Below are positions 1-10,937 of a DNA stretch of 64,000 bases, in pieces. Where the stretch lies: assembly GCA_036676605.1 (NCBI GenBank), contig JAKFCO010000011.1, forward strand, positions 39,933 through 103,932, written 5' to 3'. The first letter of the stretch is position 1. Each line of letters opens with the position of its first letter. The stretch comes from Algoriphagus sp. Its GTDB lineage: Bacteria > Bacteroidota > Bacteroidia > Cytophagales > Cyclobacteriaceae. A program made the position numbers and the translations under genes. The notes under the pieces are model-generated. The model saw only the letters and a list, made by a program, of their open reading frames with translations. It made no database searches and had not been told where the DNA came from.

Positions 1-1359
1 ATGTTTGGCACATCGATCAAAGGTGCTGAAGTATATCGCTCAGAGGATGCGGGAAAAAGCTGGAAGAAAGTATCTGAGTCAGATATCAGCCGCCTGTACA
101 ATTCCTACGGTTATTACTTTGGCGAAGTGCGGGTAAATACTCAGGATGAAAATGAAATTTTCGTACTGGGTGTTCCTTTGCTGGTTTCCCGTGACGGAGG
201 CAAAAACTTTTCCCGAACTGATTCAATCGGTGATCCTCACTCCGATCATCAGTCCATGTGGATCAATCCCAAAGACAGCAAACACATTCTTCTTGGAAAC
301 GATGGCGGACTTTACAGAACCTATGGTGGCGGATCAAGATGGGATCATCTGAATACTCAAATGCCGATCTCTCAATTCTACTCTGTGATGGTAGATCAGG
401 CTACACCGTACAATATCTATGGCGGGATGCAGGACAACGGAGTTTGGTTTGGTAAGTCAACCAACGCTCCTTCTGATCTTTGGGAATCCTTAATGGGCGG
501 AGACGGGATGGTTGTGGCAGTTGACACCAGAAACAATGACATCGTTTATACAGGATCTCAGTTTGGATCCTATTTCAGAATCAATAAAGAAAACGGAGAT
601 CGCAAGCGAATCACACCAGGCCACGACATTGGGAATGCTCCCAACCGCTGGAACTGGAGAACTCCTGCTCGCTTGAGCAAGCATAATCAGGACATCGTCT
701 ACATGGGTTCTCAATATGTGTATCGAAGCATGGATCAGGGAAGCACCTGGACCACGATTTCACCAGACCTTACCAAAAATAAAAAAAACGGAAATGTGCC
801 TTTCGCCACACTTTCGGTGGTTGAAGAATCTCCTTTGGAATTCGGTACACTTTACGCAGGATCTGATGACGGGAATGTTTGGATCACAAGAAACGGCGGA
901 GGAAACTGGACAAGCCTCAATGCAGGCCTTCCTCAGGACAGATGGGTAAGCAGTATCAGCCCATCCAAATTTCGGGAAGGATTGGTTTACATCACTTTGA
1001 ATGGCTACCGGTACGACGAATTCACCACAATGGTGTATAAGAGTGCAGACTATGGAAAAACCTGGACTGCGATCAAAGGCAACATGCCCGATGAGTCCGC
1101 TAACATTTTGATCGAAGATCATACGAATCCCGCGATCCTATTCCTGGGAACAGATCATGGATTGTATGTAACAATGGATGGAGGAAATAACTGGAACCTG
1201 TTCCAGGGTGAGATTCCTAACGTAGCCATCTACGATCTTGTGATTCAGGAGCGTGAAAATCATCTGATCGTGGGTTCACATGGACGAAGCGTCTATGTGG
1301 TTGAGCTGAAGCCGATTCAGGATTTGGCAAAACCTGCACAACTGGTCATGGAGAAATAA
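1..1359 (+). CDS. BNR/Asp-box repeat (VPS10/sortilin-like) beta-propeller glycosyl hydrolase-like protein, 5' truncated by window
   Basis: Repeated S-x-D-x-G-x-(T/S)-W Asp-box motifs (SEDAGKSW, SRDGGKNF, SMDQGSTW, SADYGKTW, TMDGGNNW). Confidence 0.8.
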   Translation: MFGTSIKGAEVYRSEDAGKSWKKVSESDISRLYNSYGYYFGEVRVNTQDENEIFVLGVPLLVSRDGGKNFSRTDSIGDPHSDHQSMWINPKDSKHILLGNDGGLYRTYGGGSRWDHLNTQMPISQFYSVMVDQATPYNIYGGMQDNGVWFGKSTNAPSDLWESLMGGDGMVVAVDTRNNDIVYTGSQFGSYFRINKENGDRKRITPGHDIGNAPNRWNWRTPARLSKHNQDIVYMGSQYVYRSMDQGSTWTTISPDLTKNKKNGNVPFATLSVVEESPLEFGTLYAGSDDGNVWITRNGGGNWTSLNAGLPQDRWVSSISPSKFREGLVYITLNGYRYDEFTTMVYKSADYGKTWTAIKGNMPDESANILIEDHTNPAILFLGTDHGLYVTMDGGNNWNLFQGEIPNVAIYDLVIQERENHLIVGSHGRSVYVVELKPIQDLAKPAQLVMEK

Positions 1360-1375
1360 AAAAGTTTCAAAAATC

Positions 1376-1412
1376 AAAAAAGCCCTCCCGGATAATCCGG
1401 GAGGGCTTTTTT
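1376..1412. terminator. Bidirectional intrinsic terminator
   Basis: 11-bp perfect stem GCCCTCCCGGA-taa-TCCGGGAGGGC with A-tract before and T-tract after, between convergent genes. Confidence 0.9.
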
Positions 1413-1428
1413 ATGGGTAAAAGAAATT

Positions 1429-2022
1429 TTAGAATAGTTTGAAACCGACCGAAAGAATCCATTGGCTGACTCGTTGATCAGTTTGAAATCCGCCCACATT
1501 TTCGGTAACATTTCCTAAAGAGCCTTCATACTTGGCATCCAGGATAAAGTTTCCAATATCAAAACCAAGTCCGGCCTGGTAGCCAATCGTGGCTTGTTTG
1601 TAATCCACATCCTGCACCACATCCGCTGCATCTTTCAACTCAGAGTCAATATTAATGCTTGCAATCGGCCCGGCTTGAATTCGGAAAAATTTAAACATTT
1701 TGAATCCCAACATAACCGGAATATCCAAGCGATTGAAGTCGGCTTTAAACTCAGAACTGCTACCTGATGTAGGACTGGTGTAAGAAAAAGTACCACTGGT
1801 TTGAGTGTAAAGTAGCTCAGGCTGTAAATAAAAACCAGCTATCCCAAATCTGGTAAAAACCCCGACATGGTATCCTAATTCTCCATCGCCTGTACTAAAA
1901 TCACCATCTTCTAATTCGATTTTGGTAGAACTCAGGCCAAACTTTGGTCCGATTGAGAAATTTTGAGAGTAGCCTGCTAACGTAATCATCAACAAGGCAA
2001 AAGTGAAAAGGAGTTTTTTCAT
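1429..2022 (-). CDS. Outer membrane beta-barrel (porin family, PorT-like) protein
   Basis: Signal peptide MKKLLFTFALL, alternating beta-strand pattern, C-terminal Phe; start moved to the ATG at 2022. Confidence 0.8.
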   Translation of the reverse strand: MKKLLFTFALLMITLAGYSQNFSIGPKFGLSSTKIELEDGDFSTGDGELGYHVGVFTRFGIAGFYLQPELLYTQTSGTFSYTSPTSGSSSEFKADFNRLDIPVMLGFKMFKFFRIQAGPIASINIDSELKDAADVVQDVDYKQATIGYQAGLGFDIGNFILDAKYEGSLGNVTENVGGFQTDQRVSQWILSVGFKLF

Positions 2023-2100
2023 GGCAAAAGTTTTTGGTTTATGTTGCTTACAACGCACGGTCGTTGAAAAAATTAGCAATTCTCCTGCCAGATGCCCTGA

Positions 2101-2472
2101 TTAATTCAGGAGAGCGCTTGCCTTGACTTTCGCCAGATTATACAAATCCCAAAAATCTATTGGTTTTGCAACTAAAGTATCAAACGGAATAGGAGTCGTT
2201 TGCCTGTAATATTCAACATCTCCTGCTGTAAAACCGATAATCGGAATTTTATTGGTTTTATCACTTTTTTTCAAATTTACCAATAACTCTACTCCATCCA
2301 TAAAAGGCATCATGATGTCTGTGAGAATGATGTTGAATGCGTTGTCTTTCTCTAAAAGATCCAGCGCTTCAACTCCATTATGAGCCAACACTACCGAGTC
2401 GTTTCCCTTTTCAAACATCTTTCGAAGGATCAAAAGGTGAAGTGAATTGTCGTCTACTACAAGTACTCGCAT
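2101..2472 (-). CDS. Single-domain response regulator (REC)
   Basis: VLVVDD, ILTDIMMPFMDG, KP motifs. Confidence 0.9.
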   Translation of the reverse strand: MRVLVVDDNSLHLLILRKMFEKGNDSVVLAHNGVEALDLLEKDNAFNIILTDIMMPFMDGVELLVNLKKSDKTNKIPIIGFTAGDVEYYRQTTPIPFDTLVAKPIDFWDLYNLAKVKASALLN

Positions 2473-2573
2473 AGTGCTGGGTCCGGGAGATTGAATATCA
2501 ATAAAATACTATTTCAAGTATATGAAATTCAATTAAGAATCAAAAACCTCCTAATTCAGGTTTTCTTAAAAAT

Positions 2574-2597
2574 AAAAAGGGAACCTCATAGGTTCCC
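2574..2597 (-). terminator. Intrinsic terminator after NSS transporter
   Basis: GGGAACCT-cat-AGGTTCCC hairpin; the A-tract on + gives a U-tract on -. Confidence 0.7.
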
Positions 2598-2633
2598 TCT
2601 TCGAAATTTTCTTTCTAATTAGTGTCTATCACT

Positions 2634-4013
2634 TTATTGGCCATTTCCGAATACTCCTAATAAGTCCAGAATAACCACTCCAATCACGATCGGACAAACC
2701 CACTTTATAAAGAAGATCCACCCCATGCGGTAAATCCCTTTAAATCCTGGTGCACCAGAAGTAAGTTCATCTGCATAGTCAGCTATTTTTTGTGCCCATC
2801 CCGTATATAAACTAAGCATCAGGCATATCAGAATTCCGGCAAAAGTGCCAAATACAAAGTCCATAATACCAAAGAACCCCTTCAGCTCATGACCGAGGAA
2901 ATTTATGGTCAAGTTTGCGAAGATATTACCTTCTATTGAAGATAGTGCCGAAGGAATTGATAATGCCATTGCTGCAATTCCAACTATCCAGGTTGCCCTT
3001 TTTCGGTTCCATTTTTTCTCGTCGATGAGATAAGACACAGGAACCTCCAGCATCGAAATAGTCGAGGTGAGCGCAGCTACCAGCAAAAGGATAAAGAATA
3101 ATGCTCCTATGACATTACCACCGGGCATTACATCGAAAACCTTTGGAAGTACTTCAAAGACAAGCGCCGGACCCGAAGCAGGATCTTTTCCGGGAAGCAA
3201 GGCAAATAAAGCGGGGAATACCATTAATCCGGCTAACATTGCCACTACAGTATCCATCCCTACTATCCAGCTTGCTGATTGGATGATATTTGACTTTTTG
3301 TCCAAATAAGAACCAAAAGTGATCATCAAACCCCAGCCCACTCCCAAGGAAAAGAAAGCTTGCCCAAGAGCGATTAAGAGAACTTTGGAATTAATCTTTG
3401 AAAAATCAGGTGATAAATAATATTCTATGCCTTCCTGGGCACCTTCCAGCGTCACTGATCTGCCAGCGATGAAAAGAATAATGATAAACAATACCGGCAT
3501 CAGAAATTTGGAAGCCTTTTCAATCCCGCCTGAAACTCCTCCTAAAACGATCAGAATCGTCATCAGGATAAAAGCAAAGGTCAAAGGAATGACATACATC
3601 GGCGTCCTGACAAACTCCTGGAAATCTACCGGGATGTTGATCAATTCGGTGAAAATATAAGCAAGCGTCCAACCGGCGATAACAGAATAATAACTAAAAA
3701 CTATGAAGCACATCGCAATACAAAGGACTCCGGCTATTTGCCAAAACTTATTTCCTCCTGTATCCCGGATCGCCCCGATTGGGTTTTTCTCTGATTTTCT
3801 CCCAAGTGAAATTTCATTCAATAACAAAGGTAAACCGATCAGTAAAACACAGAGGATGTAAACAAAGACAAAAGCTCCCCCACCATTTTCTCCGGTCAAA
3901 TATGGAAATCGCCAGATATTTCCCAAGCCAATCGCAGAGCCTGCCGCAGCCATAATGAAACCAAGGCTTGAGCCAAATTGACCTCTTTCCTCGGGGATTG
4001 AACTATCTGCCAT
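2634..4013 (-). CDS. Sodium-dependent transporter, NSS/SNF family
   Basis: AAGSAIGLGNIWRFPY and GQAFFSLGVG signatures, many TM segments; start MADSS at 4013. Confidence 0.92.
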   Translation of the reverse strand: MADSSIPEERGQFGSSLGFIMAAAGSAIGLGNIWRFPYLTGENGGGAFVFVYILCVLLIGLPLLLNEISLGRKSEKNPIGAIRDTGGNKFWQIAGVLCIAMCFIVFSYYSVIAGWTLAYIFTELINIPVDFQEFVRTPMYVIPLTFAFILMTILIVLGGVSGGIEKASKFLMPVLFIIILFIAGRSVTLEGAQEGIEYYLSPDFSKINSKVLLIALGQAFFSLGVGWGLMITFGSYLDKKSNIIQSASWIVGMDTVVAMLAGLMVFPALFALLPGKDPASGPALVFEVLPKVFDVMPGGNVIGALFFILLLVAALTSTISMLEVPVSYLIDEKKWNRKRATWIVGIAAMALSIPSALSSIEGNIFANLTINFLGHELKGFFGIMDFVFGTFAGILICLMLSLYTGWAQKIADYADELTSGAPGFKGIYRMGWIFFIKWVCPIVIGVVILDLLGVFGNGQ

Positions 4014-4050
4014 AAATGATACTGTGTTAAATTTGGGCAAAAACTCCTTT

Positions 4051-4968
4051 TTAAGAGCGGGCTAATATAATTTGATTTGCCAAAATAGCAATTCCCTCCC
4101 GGAAAGTTTTAGGCTCAAATCCGAGCTCCTTTCGGGCTTTTTCGATGATAAAACCGGTTTTTAATGGCCTCTTTGCAGGCTGTGTGAAGGTCGAGGAATC
4201 GGCTCTTTTGATTAAGTTTTTATCCAATCCAAAATATTCCGCAGCCATTATTGCCATCTGATACGGCGTCAAAAAATCAGAACCGGAAATATGATATATA
4301 CCCTCAGCCGAATGCTCTGCAATTAAAATACATCCGGTTGCAAGATCTTCCGCAAGGGTTGGGGTTCGAAATTGATCGTCCACAACCTGAATCTCTTTTC
4401 CTGCTTCAAGTGAGGATTTAACCCATAAAATTATATTGGACCGACTCAGATCATCTGCAATCCCATAAACCAAAACCGTCCGTACGATCGCCCATTTCGT
4501 GGAATGATTCATCACGTATTGTTCCGCTTCCAGCTTGGTTTGGCCGTAGAAGTTGACTGGTGAAGGCTCAGCAGATTCATCCAACGGCCCGGTTTCTCCG
4601 GAAAAAATAAAATCAGTTGAAACGTAAATGAAATGACTCTTGCAAAGCTCTCCGGCTCGAACCAGATATTCGGTTGCTTTTACATTCACTTCGTAGCAAG
4701 CTTCCTGATTTAGCTCGCAGGTATCCACGTTTGTAATGGCGGCTCCATGGATGATGATTTCAGGTTTGATTTCTCCCAAAACCTGGTTGACATGATCCGG
4801 ATCTGTGATGTCCAGAGAGACATATTTAAAACCTGCTCCGGTCAATCTGCAAGCACCTTTACCGCTTGCGATTACTTCGAATTCTTCTTTTTGAACCAGC
4901 CGCTCAACCAGCTTTTGACCCAAAAGTCCATTGGCTCCGGTGATAAAAATCTTCTTTTTAGTTGGCAT
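4051..4968 (-). CDS. dTDP-4-dehydrorhamnose reductase-like SDR oxidoreductase (RmlD family)
   Basis: TGANGLLG, STDFIF, YGQTK, DQFRTPT motifs. Confidence 0.85.
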   Translation of the reverse strand: MPTKKKIFITGANGLLGQKLVERLVQKEEFEVIASGKGACRLTGAGFKYVSLDITDPDHVNQVLGEIKPEIIIHGAAITNVDTCELNQEACYEVNVKATEYLVRAGELCKSHFIYVSTDFIFSGETGPLDESAEPSPVNFYGQTKLEAEQYVMNHSTKWAIVRTVLVYGIADDLSRSNIILWVKSSLEAGKEIQVVDDQFRTPTLAEDLATGCILIAEHSAEGIYHISGSDFLTPYQMAIMAAEYFGLDKNLIKRADSSTFTQPAKRPLKTGFIIEKARKELGFEPKTFREGIAILANQIILARS

Positions 4969-5803
4969 CAGGGTAGGTGTAGCCATACTCTTTTGCAATT
5001 TTCTTTTTGGACATCTTCTCCACTTTTACTGTCATGTAAACAGGACTTAAAGGAATTTCCCGGGAATCCGTTGGCTCATTTGCAATCTTCTCCACCACAT
5101 CCAGTCCCCGGATCACCTCTCCAAAAACAGTGTATTCCTGGTCCAAATGGGGAGTTCCTCCAAAAGTCGTGTATGCTTCGATTTGTTCAGGAGTATAATC
5201 TTTAGTCAGTTTCAGGCTAAGTGATTCAGCTATTTCATCACGCTTTGAAACCAAAAGTGAAGTCAGGCTATCAAACTCTCCTGCTTCATATAATCTTTTG
5301 TATTCGTTGCGAAGGTCTTGCTGACTGCCAATCTGCACATAGCGCATGAAAGCCTCCTGAAGCGCTTCCATGTCAGTGGTCAATTCTGCTTCATTGTAAA
5401 CTTTACCCTGCACGATGTAAAACTGTGAGGCATTGGAGCGGCGCTCCGGATTAATATTATCGCCTTGACGGGCGGCAGCAATCATTCCCTTTCTATGGTA
5501 GTGATTTGGGCGAATTTCGGCTGGTACCGTTGGCCATTTTTCAGCCGGCAATTCTTCTTTTGTAAAGACATCTCCGCCTTGAACCATAAATCCTTTAATG
5601 ATTCGATGAAACTCAGTGGAGTCAAATCTTCCGGCTTCCGCCAAAGCGATAAAGTTGGACTTATGCTCCGGCGTGTCGTCAAATAACAAAGCCACAATAT
5701 TTCCATGGCGTGTTTCGATCGTAATCACATAATCCTTGTCTCCTGCACAGGCAACGGAACTGACTAAAAGGAATAAAAAAAGCAGATTTTTCAGGTACCT
5801 CAT
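4958..5803 (-). CDS. Cyclophilin-type peptidylprolyl isomerase (lipoprotein-like signal)
   Basis: FHRIIKGFMVQGGD, SQFYI, HLDQEYTVFGEV. Confidence 0.92.
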   Translation of the reverse strand: MRYLKNLLFLFLLVSSVACAGDKDYVITIETRHGNIVALLFDDTPEHKSNFIALAEAGRFDSTEFHRIIKGFMVQGGDVFTKEELPAEKWPTVPAEIRPNHYHRKGMIAAARQGDNINPERRSNASQFYIVQGKVYNEAELTTDMEALQEAFMRYVQIGSQQDLRNEYKRLYEAGEFDSLTSLLVSKRDEIAESLSLKLTKDYTPEQIEAYTTFGGTPHLDQEYTVFGEVIRGLDVVEKIANEPTDSREIPLSPVYMTVKVEKMSKKKIAKEYGYTYPDAN

Positions 5804-6738
5804 TTATTAAGGGTTGATTTGATTTGATCCAATATTACTTTTCCGCCTGCGGCAAAAACCCGGTCTGCCAGCATTTTTCCTAATTCTTCCGGCTGATCCG
5901 AAGATCCGCTTACCTCAATCGCAATTCTGGTTTCCCCATCGAGACTGACGATTCCTCCGGAAAGCTTCAATTGATCTCCTTCCAGATTTGCCAAAGCAAA
6001 CACGGGAATGCTGCATCCTCCTTCCAAAACTCTCAAATAAGCCCTTTCGGCACGAAGCTTCTGTGAAGTCTCTTTGTGATTGCAAGCTTGGGTGATTTTA
6101 GCTTTCAGCTCAGAATTCAGGTTTGCTGATACTTCTATCGCCACACTTCCTTGTCCGACGGCAGGAGTAAATTCAGCCAAATCAAGTTCTTGCGAAATCA
6201 TTTCATCGTATCCCATTCGGTGAACACCCGCATAAGCAAGCAAAAGTGCATCGCAAAGTCCTTCCTCCATTTTGCGGATTCTGGTTTGCAGATTACCGCG
6301 AACCTCCACGGTTTTGACATGGGGATAGAAATGCTTCAAAGTCGAAACTCTCCGGGTCGAAGAAGTTCCCAATAACAAAGGCTTGGATGAATCCGCCAGT
6401 GAAATATTTTTTTGATGCGATACGATCACATCGTTCTCTTTTTCACGGTCGGTGAAAGCAATTATTTCAAACCCTTCCGGCAAATTCGACTGCATGTCTT
6501 TGGCACTATGCACGGCGATGTCAATCCGCCCATCGAGCAATTGATCCTCGAGCTCCTGAGTAAAAACCCCTTTACTTCCAATTTTTGCAATGGACAAATC
6601 AAGCCACTGATCTCCCTTGGTATCGATGGTGACAATCTCTGTTTCCAATCCTGATTTTTGCAAAAGTTCCTCTACGTAGTATGCCTGCCAAAGGGCAAGC
6701 TTGCTGCCGCGGGTCCCTATTTTTACTTTATGTTTCAT
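5800..6738 (-). CDS. hemC: Hydroxymethylbilane synthase
   Basis: [34 protein letters not shown]. Confidence 0.96.
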   Translation of the reverse strand: MKHKVKIGTRGSKLALWQAYYVEELLQKSGLETEIVTIDTKGDQWLDLSIAKIGSKGVFTQELEDQLLDGRIDIAVHSAKDMQSNLPEGFEIIAFTDREKENDVIVSHQKNISLADSSKPLLLGTSSTRRVSTLKHFYPHVKTVEVRGNLQTRIRKMEEGLCDALLLAYAGVHRMGYDEMISQELDLAEFTPAVGQGSVAIEVSANLNSELKAKITQACNHKETSQKLRAERAYLRVLEGGCSIPVFALANLEGDQLKLSGGIVSLDGETRIAIEVSGSSDQPEELGKMLADRVFAAGGKVILDQIKSTLNK

Positions 6739-7643
6739 TGATTGCTTGCTCTTTTACCGGTGCGTTTGATTACACCATCTTCGATATACTTAATGATTTC
6801 ACCTGCAATATTGACTCCGGTTGCTTGCTCTATTCCTTCTAAACCAGGAGAACTGTTCACTTCCAAAATCAAAGGTCCCCGATCAGACTGCAGCATATCT
6901 ACCCCGGCAATATCCAGCCCAAGTGCTTTTGCAGCCCCAAGCGCGGCCTTTTTTTCCGCTGCCGAAAGTTTGATTACTGTTGCTTTTCCTCCACGATGCA
7001 GGTTGGAGCGAAACTCACCCTCCGCACCTTGTCGCTTCATGGCACCGACCACTTTCCCATTCACGATGAACGCCCGGATATCAGCGCCTTTGGCTTCTTT
7101 GATAAATTCCTGCACGATAATTCGCGCTTTCAATCCATGGAAAGCTTCGATTACCGATTGGCCGGCTTTCTTGGTTTCTGCCAAAACTACTCCAAGACCT
7201 TGCGTTCCTTCCAACAGTTTGATGATCAGCGGCGCACCGCCGACATGCTCTACGAGTTGCTTTTCTCCGCCTTTTGAAAAATTGGTAAATGCAGTTTTTG
7301 GCATCCCCAAACCTGCTTTTGAAAGGATCTGAAGACTTCGCAATTTATCCCTGCTTCGCACAATCGCCTGAGAATTGACTGCGGAGAAAACTCCCATCAA
7401 TTCAAATTGACGAACGACGGCCGTCCCGTAAAATGTAACAGAGGCTCCGATTCTTGGGATGATTGCATCGACTCCGGTGAGTTTTTCACCTTTGTAAATA
7501 ATCGAAGGTCCCTCCTGTTCAATGATCAGATCGCAAATACTGTGATTGACAATGATGGCTTCGTGACCGGCAGCCTGAACCGCCTGGTAAAGCCTTCGGG
7601 TTGAGTATAAATTGGAGTTCCTGGAAAGGATCGCGATTTTCAT
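6735..7643 (-). CDS. rimK: RimK family ATP-grasp alpha-L-glutamate ligase
   Basis: [41 protein letters not shown]. Confidence 0.95.
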   Translation of the reverse strand: MKIAILSRNSNLYSTRRLYQAVQAAGHEAIIVNHSICDLIIEQEGPSIIYKGEKLTGVDAIIPRIGASVTFYGTAVVRQFELMGVFSAVNSQAIVRSRDKLRSLQILSKAGLGMPKTAFTNFSKGGEKQLVEHVGGAPLIIKLLEGTQGLGVVLAETKKAGQSVIEAFHGLKARIIVQEFIKEAKGADIRAFIVNGKVVGAMKRQGAEGEFRSNLHRGGKATVIKLSAAEKKAALGAAKALGLDIAGVDMLQSDRGPLILEVNSSPGLEGIEQATGVNIAGEIIKYIEDGVIKRTGKRASNQ

Positions 7644-8083
7644 TTTGTTTTTTTTCGGTAAGCCCTCGACAAATTAGAACCCGTCACATCTACAAGGAAA
7701 CGGTCCCTTAGAAGTTTTCGTCCCAGCAAAATGGAATTTTTCATGCTGGATCGATCAGAAAGCGTGAACTCAGCAGTATAAGTTTCCCCTGCCAACCTGA
7801 TTTTGGTTTCGATCAGATAGCGAGTCTCTGCATGCCCGAAAGAATTTCTCACTTTTTTTTCTCTGTATTTATCAAATCTTACAGTCTTTCCGGTGAAAGA
7901 TGGATGCCCCGGCAAAAGTACCTGAAAGGCCAAAACTTTTTTGCCTTTATATTCTTCTTCCCGGATCTGTTCTGCATGAATGCTGCTGGTGTAGGCTCCT
8001 GTATCAATTTTTGCCCAGACAAGTTTCAATCCCAGTTTAGGAAGGGAGATTTTCTCTTTTCGTCCGATGATCTTTTTCTCCAT
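7640..8083 (-). CDS. RimK-associated putative aspartic (ATP-dependent Zn protease family) protein
   Basis: [11 protein letters not shown] and ILLGR motifs, translationally coupled to rimK. Confidence 0.85.
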   Translation of the reverse strand: MEKKIIGRKEKISLPKLGLKLVWAKIDTGAYTSSIHAEQIREEEYKGKKVLAFQVLLPGHPSFTGKTVRFDKYREKKVRNSFGHAETRYLIETKIRLAGETYTAEFTLSDRSSMKNSILLGRKLLRDRFLVDVTGSNLSRAYRKKTK

Positions 8084-8084
8084 G

Positions 8085-9230
8085 TCACTCGATTTTGGCC
8101 ATCAGAAGGAGGATTTGCATCGAAAGATCAGTGAAAATCATCTTCGCATTTCCATTGCGTTCCAAATGATAATGAGCCTCATTGAATAGCGTATAGAGAC
8201 TATTCACATGATCTTCGGTCAGCACATTCACACTGATATTATTGACAAAATTTCTATCCTCACCACTTGTACGGAGGAGGGAATCCAAACTCATGTTTTT
8301 AAGCAAAATTTCCCGAAGGACATTCAGACCTGTCAGCATAAGTGACTTTTGGGCCTCCTTGTCTGCCTTGTGAAACTCATCTGACATCGTAAAAATCTCT
8401 TTGAGCTTTTTGCCATGGCAAAGTCGAAACCAATCTCTGATCTGGCTTACCTGCAAATCTTCGACTTGATTCAAGAGGCGGTAAGCTTCCCTCAAATTTC
8501 CATCAGCCACCATCGCGATTTGATCAGCTGCTCCGGGCTCGGAAAGTCCGGATTGAATGAGATGGGATTTGATTTCATCATCGGTAAATGCCCTCACCAT
8601 CACTTTCTGAGTTCGGGAAAGGATCGTCGTCAAAAGCTGATCCGGCTGAGAAGTTACCAGCATGAAAATCGTCTTCGCCTGCGGTTCTTCGATGATTTTG
8701 AGTAAAGCATTGGCAGCGGAGGGGTGTAAAAATTCCGGTGCCCAGATCAACATGATTTTATAGCCGCCTTCGAAAGACATCAGAGAAAGTGCCTGGATTA
8801 TTTTCCTTGCAGCTCCTTTAGAAATATTCAACTGCTTTTTCTCAAAGCCATTGAAATAGATGAAGTCATGGACATTGCCATAAGGCTGCTCGATGGCAAA
8901 CTTTCGCCAGCTGGTAAGAACATCTACTTTTTCTTCCTTTTCATCCTCTTCCTTTTCATCCTCTTTGGTTTTGGCAATCGCCGGAAAAGCAAAGTTCAGA
9001 TCCGGCAGAACCAATCTGGACATACGCTGACAGGCTGTACACTTTCCGCAGGAATCCTCAGGACCGGGATTTTGACAATATAAATAAGTGGCCAAAGCCA
9101 AAGACATAGTCAGGTTGGCAGAGCCTTCTGGCCCATAAAAAAGTAACGCATGCGCCAAATGATTATTTTTGACGGCATTGAGCAGGTTTTCTTTGGTCTC
9201 GGGCAAACCCGGAATTTCAGCAAATTGCAT
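8085..9230 (-). CDS. holB: DNA polymerase III delta-prime subunit
   Basis: HALLFYGPEGS, CGKCTAC zinc motif, AANALLKIIEEP. Confidence 0.9.
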   Translation of the reverse strand: MQFAEIPGLPETKENLLNAVKNNHLAHALLFYGPEGSANLTMSLALATYLYCQNPGPEDSCGKCTACQRMSRLVLPDLNFAFPAIAKTKEDEKEEDEKEEKVDVLTSWRKFAIEQPYGNVHDFIYFNGFEKKQLNISKGAARKIIQALSLMSFEGGYKIMLIWAPEFLHPSAANALLKIIEEPQAKTIFMLVTSQPDQLLTTILSRTQKVMVRAFTDDEIKSHLIQSGLSEPGAADQIAMVADGNLREAYRLLNQVEDLQVSQIRDWFRLCHGKKLKEIFTMSDEFHKADKEAQKSLMLTGLNVLREILLKNMSLDSLLRTSGEDRNFVNNISVNVLTEDHVNSLYTLFNEAHYHLERNGNAKMIFTDLSMQILLLMAKIE

Positions 9231-9241
9231 GATTTATTCGA

Positions 9242-10438
9242 TCAGGATGATTTCTCCCAAATTCTGTAACTCTTTGACGTTTCAAAAATCCTTTCAAGGA
9301 TTTCTTTGTCTTCAGGAGTCCAGGCTATTTTTCGACGACCCATCACTGCGATGGCCGCCTCCTCAAATTTGGGAAACTGGAAGGTAGAGAATCCTGCCGC
9401 TCCTCCCCAAGCAAAGGAAGGAATAAAGTTTCGGGGATATCCATCTCCAAAAACATTCGCCCCTACTCCAACGACTGTTCCGGTGTTGAACATCGTATTG
9501 ATGCCGCACTTGGAGTGGTCGCCCATCATCAAGCCGCAAAATTGCAGACCGGTATTGGCAAATCCACCTTTGGTATAATCCCAAAGTTTGACCGGAGAGT
9601 AGTTGTTTTTGAGGTTACTCGTGTTCGTATCGGCACCGAGATTACACCATTCGCCAATTACTGAGTTACCCAAGAAGCCCTCGTGGCCTTTGTTGCTGTA
9701 GCCGAAAATTACCGCGTTGGAAACTTCCCCGCCAACTTTCGAATGAGGTCCGACGGTCGTATCGCCACGAAGTTTTGCTCCCATATTAATGGTAGAGCCT
9801 TCGCAAAGCGCAAATGGTCCGCGGATCATGGAGCCTTCCTGGATCTCGGTATTTTTCCCAATATAGATCGGGCCGTTTTCAGCATTGAGAATGGCGGCTT
9901 TGATAGTAGCACCTTGCTCGATGAATATATTTTCCGGTGAATAAACCCGGGTGTAGGGATCGTTGATCTCAGCTGACTTTCGTCCTGAAGTGATCAGTTC
10001 AAAGTCCTTTTTGATTTCTGATCCATTGAATTGGAAGATGTTCCAGGTTTTTTGAAGCAAAACAGGCTCAGAGTCCAACTGGATTATTTCTTTTTCCTTC
10101 GCTAAGTCAAGGTTTTTCTCAGTTTCGCCGATGTAAGTTGCCAGAAGAGTTTTGCCGAAGTAAAGCGATTGATTCTTTTCGAGCTTTTGGAGAATTTTCT
10201 CCACTCCATTTTCAGGAAGCCAGGCACCGTTGACAGCTAATGCATCACCAGGTTTTCTGGAGAATTTCTTTTGCAAATAATCCTGGGTAAGGAAAGAAAC
10301 AGCTAAACCGGTGCGCTTCTCCCATTTTTCTGAAATTTTCAGGATCCCAATCCGGATATCCGCCACCGGCCGGGTAAAAGTAAAAGGTAAAAGGGATCCA
10401 CGAATGGCCGGATCATCAAACAAGAGCAAATTATCCAT
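9242..10438 (-). CDS. GlmU-like putative sugar nucleotidyltransferase (Bacteroidota type)
   Basis: LLPFTFTRPVADIRIG N-terminus plus hexapeptide repeats; start MDNLL at 10438. Confidence 0.85.
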   Translation of the reverse strand: MDNLLLFDDPAIRGSLLPFTFTRPVADIRIGILKISEKWEKRTGLAVSFLTQDYLQKKFSRKPGDALAVNGAWLPENGVEKILQKLEKNQSLYFGKTLLATYIGETEKNLDLAKEKEIIQLDSEPVLLQKTWNIFQFNGSEIKKDFELITSGRKSAEINDPYTRVYSPENIFIEQGATIKAAILNAENGPIYIGKNTEIQEGSMIRGPFALCEGSTINMGAKLRGDTTVGPHSKVGGEVSNAVIFGYSNKGHEGFLGNSVIGEWCNLGADTNTSNLKNNYSPVKLWDYTKGGFANTGLQFCGLMMGDHSKCGINTMFNTGTVVGVGANVFGDGYPRNFIPSFAWGGAAGFSTFQFPKFEEAAIAVMGRRKIAWTPEDKEILERIFETSKSYRIWEKSS

Positions 10439-10450
10439 AGGGCAAAAATA

Positions 10451-10487
10451 AAAAAGTCTCCCGGAATCCATGCTCCGGGAGACTTTT
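10451..10487 (-). terminator. Intrinsic terminator after rpmE2
   Basis: GTCTCCCGGA-8nt-TCCGGGAGAC stem with A/T flanks. Confidence 0.85.
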
Positions 10488-10506
10488 AAGAATGAGTTTG
10501 CTCGAA

Positions 10507-10755
10507 TTACTTCTTAGCAGCGTATCTTCTGTTGAATTTCTCAACACGACCTGCAGTATCAAGCATCATTTTCTTACCAGTATAGAACGGGTGAGATTCA
10601 GCACTTACTTCGATTTTGTATACCGGGTAGGTATTTCCATCTTCAAATACGATCGTCTCAGTTGTTTCGATTGTAGATTTTGTCAAAAACTTAAACTCGC
10701 TAGAAGTGTCATAGAAGACCACGTCTCTGTAGTTTGGATGAATTGCAGCTTTCAT
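10507..10755 (-). CDS. rpmE2: 50S ribosomal protein L31 type B
   Basis: [29 protein letters not shown]; no Cys. Confidence 0.96.
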   Translation of the reverse strand: MKAAIHPNYRDVVFYDTSSEFKFLTKSTIETTETIVFEDGNTYPVYKIEVSAESHPFYTGKKMMLDTAGRVEKFNRRYAAKK

Positions 10756-10793
10756 ATCACTAATTTTTTATAGTATCTTTTTCAAATGAGGCA

Positions 10794-10825
10794 CAAAGTT
10801 ATCCTTTTTCAGAAAACACACCAAA
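10794..10825 (-). promoter_or_regulatory. Bacteroidota primary-sigma promoter of rpmE2
   Basis: On - strand TTTG, 20 nt, TAACTTTG, matching the -33/-7 consensus. Confidence 0.7.
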
Positions 10826-10937
10826 TCTTTCTCAAGTATTTCTTTACCAAATGAACAAAAGCTCCGAATTACGCCTTCCGAACCCTAAATATCAAATCAT
10901 TATTTCATGAATTGAAGGCTTTTTCTAGCTTTAGCCA

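Noticed and set aside
6742-7332. Long + strand ORFs antisense to rimK (and similar shadow ORFs over comM, cdc48, kdpB, GH10, and 42435-43484)
   Set aside because: Fully overlap well-supported genes on the opposite strand and have no recognisable motifs
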